Part shown: one piece after another, positions 38,120 to 50,697 of the stretch
How positions within the stretch are numbered: position 1 is the stretch's first letter
How the letters are laid out: each line of letters starts with the position of its first letter
Origin: Paragordius varius
Taxonomy: Eukaryota; Animalia; Nematomorpha
Assembly (NCBI GenBank): GCA_964247055.1
Contig: OZ176056.1
Span: 7,998,001 to 8,062,000, forward strand
Reading direction: 5' to 3'
Length of the DNA: 64,000 bases
Position numbers and translations under genes: made by a program
Notes under the pieces: generated by a model
What the model was told of the DNA's origin: nothing
Databases searched by the model: none
What the model saw: the letters and a program-made list of their open reading frames with translations, nothing else

Positions 38120-39592
38120 TACGCAGCGTCTAAATCGGGAATATAAAAATAACCTGACGACATATATATATTTTGATCTTAAAATGTATTATGATTATCA
38201 TGATGCTTTTGGTTTCGGCACTTAGAGGTGATATAAGAAGGTTAATTACACTTTGTCGTTAAGTGCTCCATATCAAAAAATGGCATTATTTGCGCACATT
38301 TTTTAAATAAATTTTTTGGTGAAAGCTAGATGCTTCATAAAAATTCTAAAAACCATATACTACGTATAAATAGCAAAATAATATTGCAAAATATTTAATT
38401 TTTAGATGTGGGCTCAGAAAGTGCCAAATTTTATCGCTCTTCTAAAATAAATAGGTTTTCTTAAAAACGGAAAAATGGGGAATTGCCTGTTAACAATTTT
38501 AAATATATAGTATATTTTTATATAAGATAATCGTTTCCTTCATGATTCAAAATAGTATGAAGTGCGTTCCAACAAAATTTTTCGAAAATATAATTTTTCA
38601 GAAAATATTTTTTAAAAATATTTTTTTTGATGTCATAATTTAGTATATATTTAACACTTGGATGCAACACATTCCTTTTAATCTATCGATTCAAATTGGG
38701 GTAATTAAATACCCCAGACCTGTTTAAAAAACATTCTTTAAAAAATATGTAAGGAATCGAAACCATGGCAAAATCTTGCACTCATATAACATTAATAAAC
38801 GGAAATATATAAAAATTTTATTTGAAAATACTTGATAATATATATTTTAAGCTAAAACCAAAAGGTGAAAATTTAGTCAACCTGACATGCGTGCAATGGT
38901 AAAATTGAAAAATAATACAAATTAAACAGCTTTTTCTATTTCTATCAATGTTATATGTAATATAAAAAAAATTAGCTTTAATTTTACCCTTAAAATTAAA
39001 TGAAGACGATATTTTGCAAAGATTTTGTAAAATAAAAATGGCGTCGAAGTAGTTTGACATGGAACTTTTTTTTCAAAACAAAATATTATTTTATTTTGGC
39101 ATATTTATATAATTTTTATAAGGATAGAAGCATATATTTAAATTGGGATTGTTTCCTTCAGTATTTTTTTAAAATTCCTAACTCAAATTTAGTCTGGGGT
39201 ATTTAGATACCTTAATTTGAATCGAAGTGTTTAAATTCTAGCGCATAATCTCGGTATATATACGTTTATTTTTAGAGGACTATCCCATTTTGGAAAGAGT
39301 AAAATATAGGACTTCGGAACCCACATCTAAAATTTTTTTTTAAAATATTGTTTTGCTTTTTATAGAATGATGATATATTTTAGTGATATTTTCTAAAATG
39401 AAACCTCTAGCTTTCACCAAAAAACTTTTATTTTAAAAAATGTGCGATTTACCATTTTCTGATATGGACACTTACCATAAAAGTGTAATAGTTTTTTTAT
39501 ACCCGTTAAGGCCGAAACCAAAAGCCCATCCAGATACATTTACTTATCAGAAGTTATATACTTTAATATGTTATTTTTTTGTGGACACTGTG
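38120..39592. mobile_element. Family F element with long (~350 bp) inverted arms; family D inserted centrally
   Basis: 38130-38490 is the reverse complement of about 39260-39590 (gcttttggtttcggc, ccatatca.aaaatgg, ggtgaaagctaga, agatgtggg). Other copies lie at about 37650-37960 and 51100-51400. Confidence 0.6.
38655..39229. mobile_element. piggyBac-like MITE family D copy
   Basis: TTAA|cacttggatgc...atcgaagtg|TTTA. Confidence 0.85.
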
Positions 39593-40609
39593 TGTATGCA
39601 AGAGTCATAACTTTCTTAAATTACTCGTGTTCAAAACCAAAAGCACCATGATAATTCAGATACATTTTCCTGAGAGTATTCACAAATTATTTTTTGTGAG
39701 CTCTGACTATGAACACCTTTGATGATGCTGAACATTTCTATCACATCAAAAATTTTAATTTAAAGGCTCGCTTTCTTCCAAATTTAAGAGGATATTTGAA
39801 AATATTTAATATAAATTTAAAGACAAACGGATTTTATCTCTGATAGATTCAGCACATTGAAATATATAGAAAAAGTGTTTTTAACATATCTTAACGCGTT
39901 TGTATACCGTATCTATCATGGCTAAAAGGGTATTTTTTATACCACCCATTTTGTGCACAGTTGAATGGTAAAAAGTTTTTTTATCATGTTTTGATATTTA
40001 GGGTCAAAAATGTAAGAATCTTTAATAATTAAGTAAATTTGGACGATGGCAACATGTATTTATTGATGGGGAAACGCTCCTATTAATAGAGAAAATGTTT
40101 TTAGGCTGAACGGTTTTAATATATAGAAACACTTATATTTTGCAAAGGCCCTCTTTATTAACATGAAATAAAAGTTTCAAAACTATAAAAATAAAATTAT
40201 ATAATTGCAATAAAAAATTAAAATTTGATTTTATATTTTAGCAAATATATATTTGAGCCCTTGGTACTAAAAACACTCAAAATTTACTATTGTGAAATTA
40301 TAAAAAAATTTAACGCCATTGTAGTTGTAAATCAAAACTCAAGGTAAGGATTATTAAATATTTTTATAACAATCAATCATATTATGACTGAATATGGTGA
40401 AAACTTATTGGAACGTCTTATTGATTATAGGAATAATACATTATTCAAATACAGGTATTGATATTAAATATCCAGTTTATCAAATATATAATTTTAAAAA
40501 ATGATTCTAATTTGTTTTAACAGTATATAGCCAGAATACTCGCCAATCTAAAAAAAATTATAATTTATAAATTTAAAATACAAAACACCCTATATGTTTG
40601 CTAGTTTAA

Positions 40610-41186
40610 GACTTGAATACAACACATTCATTTTAGTCCTTCGATTCAAATTGGGGTAGTTAAATACCCCAGGCCTGTTTGAAATTAAATTCTTTAAAAA
40701 TATGGAAGTAATCGAAAAGATGGAAAAATTTTGCACTTATATCACATTAATAAACCGAAATATGTAAAAACTTTTATTCAAAAATACTTAATATTACTTA
40801 TTTTAAGCTAAAACCGAAAGGTAAAAATTTAGTCAACGTGACATGTGTGCAATGGTAAAATTGAAAAATAATACAAAATAAACAGCATTTTCTATTTCTA
40901 TCAATGTTAGATGTAATTTAAATAAAAAATTAGCTTTAATTTTACCATTAAAATTAAATGAAGACCATATTTTGCAAAAAGTTTGCAAAGTAAAATTGGT
41001 GCGAGGTAGTTTGATATGGAACTTTTTTTCAAAACAAAATTTTATTTTGAAATTTTGGCATATTTATATAATTTTTATTAGGATAGAAGCATAAATTTAA
41101 ATTATGTCCGTTTCCTTCAGTGATGTTAAAAAATCCTAACTTAAATTTAGTCCGGGGTATTAGATACCCCAATTTGAATCGAAGTG
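40610..41186. mobile_element. piggyBac-like MITE family D copy
   Basis: TTAA|gacttgaatac...gaagtg|TTAA. Confidence 0.85.
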
Positions 41187-41329
41187 TTAACAATATAATA
41201 TCAATGAGACATTTATTTTTCTTATTAATGCCATATATTCAAAAATTTTACGCGAAAACGTTAAATAAGTGATTTTTAATTTGGTTTTAAAAGTAAAATA
41301 TGCAGACATTGATTGGTGTCAGGTTTTAG

Positions 41330-41899
41330 CACTTGGATACAACACATTCATTTCAGTCCTTAGATACCAATTGTGGTAGTTGGATACCCCAGACCTTTTT
41401 AAAAAGGAATAGTTTAAATAAGGAATGAATTGAAACCATGGCAATTTGCACTTATATAACATTAATGAACCGAAATATATAAAAAAAATTCATTCAAAAA
41501 TACTTGATATTACTTATTTTAAACGACCAGAAGGTAAAAATTTAGTCAACATGACATGTATGCATTATCTGAATCTAAAAATTATGCTAAATAAACCACA
41601 TTTTTTGTTTCTATCAATGTTAGAGGTGATATAAATAAAAATTAGCTTTAATTTTAGCTTTGAAATTAATTGACACGATATTTTGCAAAAACGTTATAAA
41701 ATAAAAATGGCGTCAATTAGTTTGATATGTAATTTTTTTTTAAACCAAAATTTATTTAAATATTTCGGCTTATTTACATAATTTTTATTATGATAGAAGT
41801 ATTAATAATTTAAATTGGGACCGTTTTTTCAGTATTTTTATAAAAATATCACTTAAATATAGTCTGGGGTATTTAGATACCCCAATTAGAATCGAAGTG
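41330..41899. mobile_element. piggyBac-like MITE family D copy
   Basis: TTAG|cacttggatac...gaagtg|TTAA; direct orientation, about 140 bp from the previous copy. Confidence 0.85.
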
Positions 41900-43483
41900 T
41901 TAAGGGTAAAATTTGTTTAATTTCTTATAATTTCTTTTAACCCTTCAATATTTTTTAAGAGAATATATTTCTGTATATTTATTCGGTTAATTAAACTTTT
42001 TACACTTTGTAACTTGGTATACTCTAAAGTTTAAATAACATTTAGTACTGAAGAAAAGAGCAGATTTATCAATAAATATTAAAAATTTGTTGTTACAATA
42101 TAATCAAAGCCATTTTTTAAATTGATTCCAAATATTCTAATATGTTTTTGTCTTAATAATTTAAGCGATTTAAAAAATCAATATAAGCGGAAAAAAGTTT
42201 AAGATGAAGGTTTTTGCCTGTTTACATGTTAAATTTTACCGGTCATTTAAATGAATTTTAAGTAATTAAAATGTTGGCATACAAAATCATATTGGGATTA
42301 TTTGGAAATTGAATTAGTAATACTTTATTTTTGTTGTTTGATACAGGCAAAGGCTATGATATGCAATATGTATTAACAATTTTATTTAAGTTATTTTTAT
42401 TTCAACTTCTTTGGGGTAGAGAAGTCCCCCTTTCGGTAAAGAAGTGTTATTATATTAATTTTTTACTAATCATATATGATTTAGTTTCTCTTTTACATGA
42501 ATTTACATTATTCTACGGTCATCAATCAAAAAGTAACTACTCCTCTCAAAATATATTTCGGAAATTAGTATCACTTAAAATTTCAACCTCTATTAACTCT
42601 TTCGTTCACTTTTTTATACAATATATAATAAGTCCGGGTCTGATTGTCAAAAAAATTTTTACTTGGTAACCACCGATTAAAATAATAATATAATCTGAAT
42701 TTGTTTCCTCTTCATAACCAGCTTTAAAATTGAAAATATATACAAATATATTAAATTATTAAAAATTAATAAACAGAATTTATTCACAAAATGCAATTTT
42801 GCCAAAAATAACTTTTTTGTTGAATATTTTTTGTACCATCTCGTGTACCGCATAAAAAGAGGTTTTGACTGTATTAAAAGATATTTTATATTCTATTTTA
42901 TGGCTGAAAAAAGTATCCATATATTGTAAAAACTGGGATACTTTTTTAAAGTCATCGTGATTTTTCTTAGCTTAATTTTTTAATTTTTACTTAGCGTTTT
43001 GGGTTAGCAAAATAAGGAATAGTCAGGTAAATTGGCAAGCACTCTATTTAAATTTGTAATTTTACAGTTAATGTATAAATCAATGTGAGTCTTTTTAAAT
43101 ATTTGTCTTAAAGCTTGTCCACTTTAAAATTTTGAGGACGAGTTTGTCTTTAAATTTTGATTTTAGATATAAATATCAATTTTTTTAATTATATAAAATT
43201 TAAAAAATGTATATATTATTAGCAAACTAAAGGTAGATGTCACACTCAATTTGATGCGAATTCAGACTATAACCGAACTTATCAACTCATTTGGTATGTT
43301 TAATTAAATATTTGCAATATTTCTGATTACAGTAGCTTATGGTAACAAACAATAAATTGTTAAAATGCAACAATTTTGTTCCTATGTTTTACAATTAATT
43401 TGGTTTATTTAATTATGGACAAATCTTTTTTATACCATACGTTACTGTAAAAAATTGATTAAACTAAATACTAAATTAGTAAA

Positions 43484-43661
43484 CCATTTTTCTGTCAAAA
43501 GCCAACAATTTTTTACTCAAACCCAACATTTTTTCAACCAGACGCAACAATTTTCAAACAAACGCAACATTATTTCAGTTGTATTCGCTTAAAAAATGTT
43601 GTCTTTGCTTGAAAAAATGGTGCCTTTAATTGAAAAAAGGTAGCTTTTGACTGAAAAATGG
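43484..43661. mobile_element. MITE family C copy
   Basis: ccatttttctgtcaaaagcc...gcttttgactgaaaaatgg|TA. Confidence 0.75.
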
Positions 43662-45059
43662 TATATATTTGTTAAAATTAGAAAATAGCGAACAAGTCCA
43701 AGCCAAAACACCTGGTACCGATAAAGTAAATTATTAAAATATATTTTTAAACAACCAAAGAATTATAAAAATTTGTTTACAGAACAACAATTTGCACCAA
43801 CTTTTGGAATTGGTCAATAAAAAAATGGCTGTAATAAAGACATTGCGACCGAATGAAGGAGAACCAAAGGATTAATAAATGCTTTATTGTCTATAAAGTT
43901 GCTTTTATAATTAATTTTTGGTGTGGGAAATTTGATGAGTTATTGTAGAATACCTAAGTTTATAAATAATATTAAATTAACATGTCAGGATTTAAACACA
44001 ACTTATAAAATGACAAACACAACAATACATAAAGGGACCATGTCGTTAATGCTTTTTTTTGAAATGGAGATATATGGACTATTTCAAGATAAAAAAACCA
44101 AGCCCGGAATAAAAAAGATATTCCCAATTTTTTATGGCTAAAAAAAGAAATATAGAGAATTCGTAAAAATATATGAAAATTTTAAAATGTTAGAATCATA
44201 TCACAATTTAAGGGTTAGTTTTATTTATTTTTAGATTCTGTTCCAAAGTTTTATGATGAATTAAGTGACTAAAAAAATGTAATTATCAAAAAGAAAGTTG
44301 CTCATCTTAATGCGCTCATTTTAATTCTAAAAAATAAATGATATATCTATTTTAATACATTTTACAATACGAGATATATTGTTAGTTTTTCATTAATTAT
44401 TGCCACATAATATATATATTGGCAAGAGATTGATGGCTAATAGAAGTAAAAAAATATAATAAGCCAATATTTCCCGTTGCTTTATATGCTATATCTGGCA
44501 AAAATTAATGAAAAATTAGCAATTATACTAACCTAAATGTATAAGCCCTTTAGTGCTTTTACAAAACGGTTTGACACCAGTGAATAAAAGATACAGAAAA
44601 TGAAAGAAACACAGTAAAAATATTTATTAAGTATTAATATTTGTAAAAATACAAGCATATACATTGTAGAATATTTTCATACACTAACTTAGATAGGGGT
44701 GTCTTCATAACCCGCCTACATCCCTTAATATAGAATGTAAGGCCTAATAAAAAGCTGAAAAATTATCAAAGAAACCAAAATTCAATAATTATCAAAAATA
44801 TTTACAAAATCCTAAAAAATTTATATTTCAGATTTTCTATATAAATCTTTCCAAATTTTTGGCAAATTAGCAAAATTTTGTGGTGAAATACTTATTAGTG
44901 TAGTTGCCTTCTTATTTCTTTACAGTCTTAATGTATGAAATCCGATTGAATATTTATAAATCCCCATACATTTTTTAAATACGGCCCTGTGGCTTGGCGA
45001 AACCATTTGTTGAACACTTTTAATTTCGATTATATAATAAAATACATGAACATGATAGG

Positions 45060-46170
45060 ATATTAATAATTTATATTACTTAAAAACATTGAAGTCGGCG
45101 TCCACACATTCCGCTCATATATTAGGCAAAAAAGGAATGCCAAGCCAGAAAAACTGATAGACTTTTGCGGCAAACCATTATCAAGTCATTTTTCAACGTT
45201 TTTCAATTATTGAAGTGTGCTCTGCGAGTGTCCCTCATAGATGAGAAGTTGTATTAGTCAGATGGCGCCTGGTCTGGAGAGGTCAGAGGATGAGGAAAAT
45301 CCCATCAAAGCAATTTCAAAAGTCTTTTAACAATGCTGTTTTGAACTGGGCACTCCCATAAAAAAGCCCTTTCCCATCCATTTTGGCCCATTCTTGTCAT
45401 TTTTCGATTTATACATGGTTTAAAAATCATTTGTGGCAATAGCTTTGTGTATTAATGGTTTCATCAACATTTTCAATACCCACCGACAGACGCAGAGCCT
45501 ATTTTTCTTGCCTAAATTCGTCCTTGGCATTGATGGATCGGCTAGGCAAGGTAAAAGCCACGATTTTCCCGCTTGGGATTTTCGAAATAAAGCCATTAAT
45601 CATGCGCCGTCCCAAAATACAAAAATATTTTTTCGTGACGTTGAAGCCAGATTTTACAAATATTGCTATTTTTTTTAAATTCATTCAAATTATGTGGGAT
45701 TTATATACAGTGTTTATGCTCGTAGACATTTATAAATTGATTTTTGGAATACATGTATGTGTTTCTACCAATTGTTGTTAAGTTTGATTTAGGTCATCCC
45801 CATAATCTTTCACTCATCGTAGTTGCATATGCATATGTAGTCCATCAGAGCGTCAACTCTCTTTCACATCTTAGTTTCAACGTTTAAAGTTTCGAAACCA
45901 TGTAGTTCACAATTTAATCGAGCATGTTTACCATATGTTTTGCCTGCAAATGATTAATTAATTTGATGTCAATGCGTGGTGCAAATGTTTCTTTTTAGGC
46001 ACAAAATTTGACATGATTACTAAATGATAAATGTAAGACACTAGTTTTTAGTAAACTCAAATTGTGTATGTTTGTCGTTTAATGTCAAATCGGCAAACGT
46101 GTGCGTACTTTTCGTTGACTACGTCATTTCCTGGTTAAACCAGTAATAACCTATGAATACACCTAATGTT
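45060..46170 (-). pseudogene. Decayed mariner (Tc1/mariner superfamily) transposase
   Basis: Minus-strand fragments across several frames with stops and frameshifts: MSNFVPKKKHLHHAL (ATG 46014), WLYFENPKR, ETINTQSYC, WDFPHPLTSPDQAPSD (mariner YSPDLAPSD motif), and WFAAK..FF..GI. The ends are approximate. Confidence 0.85.
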
Positions 46171-46612
46171 ATTATCCAACATTTATTTTTTTTTTTGGGG
46201 GGGGGGGGAGGGGGGAGTTTTTGGTATGGATAATTTAACTATGCATTTTCCCTTTGTTCATTTTATCAAAATTTTTTAAAAAAAGCAAAATTGCAAAAAA
46301 ATATTGGCAATTTACAATATCGACTGAATTAAAATTTGCCAAAAATTCTATCCCTAAACGAAATTGGATATGAAATTGGAAACAACCAAAAAATAGTTTC
46401 CGATTTTCAAATGCCAATTATGGTTAAACAAATTTTCAAATCTGTGGCAAATGCCAATGTATAATAAAAAAACATTATATTATTCAAACATATGTTTGTT
46501 TGCAATTAAAATAAAAAATTTCAAAGAGCTAAAATTAAATTTTTTTAAATAATAATTCCGACATTTCCATTAACATAGCATATACCGTTTCTATTTTGTA
46601 CCTTTTATAATT

Positions 46613-46651
<39 letters not shown>

Positions 46652-46903
46652 TGTGCAATAATAACTAACCACATTGTTAATTTTATTTGTAAGTTTTTGG
46701 TTAAAAAAATGTAAAAAATATAAAACATTCTTGACGGTATTTATACATTTTCCAAAACAACTCTAAGCACACACACACACACACACACCTGAAGGCATAA
46801 ATGGCAATAATAATTTAAAATACATTAAACATAAACTATAAATTATAATTCCAATTTTATAAATGACTTGTTAAAAAATTTTTTTTTTGGTAAGAGTAAA
46901 TAA

Positions 46904-49900
46904 ATGGACGGACAAACTTTAAACAAATCTACGAATATGGTTGACGAAGTTATCGGAAGAACTAAATTAAAACATCCAAAACCAAAAAAGTGGTCAAATC
47001 ACTTTGAATTTATTCTTTCCCTCATTGGATATGGTATAAGTGTGGGTAGTGTTTGGAGATTCCCATACATTTGTTATCGGAATGGCGGGGGTTTTTTCTT
47101 AATATAAAATATAATATACCATTTACAGTTCAATTTCACCCTTAAACAATTCAAATTCACCCTTGAACAATTCAAATTCCCCCTTGAACAATTCAAATTC
47201 ACCCTCGAACAATTCAAATTCACCCTCAAATAAAATATATGTTTTTTGAGATTTAAAATTACCTATATTTTATATATTTTTCAAAAATAAAAGTTTTGTT
47301 TTAACTGAAAAAATAATAAACTATACCATAAACATATATTTCATATTAATAATGAATTATACTAGTTTGATAACACATAATTTATTTTTAGGGGGAATTT
47401 GAATTGTTCGAAGGTGAATTTGAATTGTTCAAGGGTGAATATGAATTGTTTAAGGGTGAACTTGAACTCTAAATGGTATATAATATTCAAAGGTGCTTTC
47501 CTTATTGCCTATTTTATCGTTCTCCTATTATGTGGTGTACCCTTATACTTTATGGAATTAGCTTTGGGCCAATTCACGAGCAAAGGACCACTGCGAATAT
47601 GGGCTTTTTGTCCCCTGCTAAAAGGTAAACTTCTATTGGATTTTTAACCATGTCTATTATTTTTGTTAAGGGGGACGTCATATAATATATATTTTTTACG
47701 GCATTTGTCAATAATATAATTATAGCCTTTATTTTAAAATTTTGGTAAAATCATATATTTGCACTTAATATGAATACGCCTTAACTTTCTAGAACCATGC
47801 AAAAAGCGAATGTATGGATGCAATATAAAAATTATTAATTTATATATAACTTTAGGGGTGTCCAACACAGATACTAGCTTTATAAAATATGTATAATAAC
47901 AAATAAGCTACAATAAATATATTATATTTTAATCATTGGACTGTAAAAATATTTTACCATCGCTATATAACATTAATTATTTTATTTTTCGTTTATAACA
48001 TTAGCAAATCAAGGTGCGCCACAATATTTAAAACTCGATAATTTATATTTTTATAAAAAGATTTGAATCTATTCACAGTCGTTTATAAATTTGGAAAATT
48101 GTTAATTTTTACCTAGAAAAAACTTATAGTATTTCAACAATCCAACAGTAAGGGTAATTTGTGGTATATATACCATATACGATTCAAATTCACCCTTGAA
48201 CAATTCGATTCACCCTAAAAATAAATTATGTTTTTTCGGGCTAATATAAATCATCGTTAATAAGAAATAAACCTATGGCATAGTTTATTATTTTTTTCAG
48301 TATTACATTAATTTTAAACGAAATTAAATTTTAACAGTAAAAAACGCATAATTTATTTTAGGGTGAATTTGAATTGTTCAAGGGTGAATTTGAATTGTTT
48401 AAGCGTGAATTTGAACTTTAAATTTCTGAATAATATCTTATTACAAAATAATTTAAAGTAGATGATATAATTTATAATTGCAATAATATATTTTTTTAAC
48501 TGATAATATGTTATATTTGTTTGGTTTTTTTTTCTTCATAAAATATTTTTGGATGGCCACGCATTGGAAACCCCTGATTACAAATATAAAAAAATCAATA
48601 GATAGTTTTTAACTTTACAGATGTGACAGGAAATATTTAGACATAAATGTGTAAGCAAATTTAAAAACAGAGCTAAAATATCCATTTCATTTATAAGGTA
48701 TTAAAATAGTCTTTGTTTATGTTTCTATGGGTTAATAAAAACTGTCCAACACGTAAGTTACTTTTAGATTATTAAAATTGTATTTCACTCTTAACATGCA
48801 AAAAGCTTGGTTAAAATTCGACATTGTCTAAATTTTATATATGTGTATAATTTTTTTCGTTTAAGTTTAATGGGGAAACGTCCGTAATGGTATTAAATTT
48901 TTTTTTACTAAAATTCAAAGGCTTTGTCAATGGTAATTTATACAAACAAAGCATGTTTTGATTCCATATATTTTTAAAAGTGCGCAAAATGCAATATAAC
49001 CTCCGGTATTAATGCTTTATAATCAAAAATAGATTTTATTACAAAGGAAATATTTTAGCCATGCCATATATATATATATTTTATTTATACAATTTTACAA
49101 AGGCTATATATTATAATTAATTATGTGTCAACCTTTTAAGATAGCTTTACCTTTTTTAAAAGACCTCTGAGTATGTGAGTTTTGTCAAATGTGTATGTTT
49201 GCAGAGAATGTTATAATTACATTACTGAGGGCTAACCTAAATATTTTATAAATCTTTTATTGAATTCAAACCAAAAACTATATTTTACAAATAAAAAGCT
49301 TATAAAATCCCTTTACCATAATTAACACTGGGTGTTTGTTTTACGTAAACTATTGTGATGACATATATAAACTCTGCCACACAAAATAAATGGGCCTGGT
49401 GCATTATAATATTCTTGACGTGGGTTAAAATTTACATAATTACGCCAATGTAATTTTAAAATATATAAAATATTGGAGAAAATGTAAAATTTAATGTGGA
49501 ACGACATTAAAAAACATGCTTAGGAAGATATAATAAAAAAATTGATAGCACTGAGTCTTATTTATACTTAGCCAGTGTTCTTAAACAAAAAAACAATTAT
49601 GACATCAAAGAGTGTCTCATAATATAACTCCATATAATTTGACAAAAAATAAAATTAAATGAAGCGAGTAAAAATTTCGTTACTAACGACATTTTTGAAT
49701 CATACCAGACCTATATTTTATTAATTTTAAATAAGTCGAACCATATATGTTTAGACCGAAATAGCTAGATAGGTTGGTTGAATAAGGAAATTTGGGGTCA
49801 AGCGCCATATCAGAAGCTTAACAACTAACAAATTTTAATATTTCCTCCTATTTTAACTATAAATTAGCTCAATAAACCATATAAGTAATTTTAAATCGTA

Positions 49901-50647
49901 ACATAAAAGTAGCCCAAAACCAGACGTTTAAAAGCTTTTTTATTGTACACCTAATACATTGATCAAAATTTTATAATATACAAAAGTTTAAGATGTCATT
50001 TAAATATGAACTTTTGACCGAAGCTTTTGCGATAATTTTAATATGCCAATTTAGTATCAAAACGTTTTTAGTAAAATAATAACTAAAATATTATAAACTT
50101 TATTATAAGCATTAAATTTTATACGAACTTAATATAATCAAAATTTAAATGTTCCCTCTCTCTATACATCAAGGCCAAAATATTAAAAATCAGCTGTTGC
50201 GACAATATATTTGGCATCTATTTCCATTTTTATATGGCGTGGAGTAGACCGCAAGATTTTTTCGGAATATGTAATTTCATTCCCTCATATATTTAGTTTC
50301 CTAAAACGTACAAGCGAATCGGAAAATTTTAAACATTCTAAAAATATAATTTTTGATATGTTCAAAAATATTAGTAATGCAATATCGCTTTCATATTTAA
50401 ATGGCATAGGAGTTGGGATCGGGATCATTCTGTTGAATTTCATTGATAGCACATGTTTTAATTTGATTCTTGCCCTTGCCATATATTATGTCGTATCAGC
50501 CTTCCAAAAACCATTACCTTGGGGAACGTGTAAAAACTCATGGAACACCCCAGGGTGTTTTGTGTTCAAAGACATTCATCAAAATGCTTCAAGACCGATT
50601 GACGGTATATTAATTACAATATAGCTTGAAAAATTATTATGATATAT

Positions 50648-50697
<50 letters not shown>

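Noticed and set aside
42040-44200. Possible coding remnants (ORFs 42331-42669 and 43923-44141)
   Set aside because: I recognise no motif and no splice model; possibly highly decayed TE sequence, but this cannot be supported.
49322-49507. Possible nested antisense gene in SLC6 intron 2 (WRNY...[12 protein letters not shown])
   Set aside because: No linked exons were found, and it ends at a TTAA|CAC TE-like terminus; more likely a transposon fragment.
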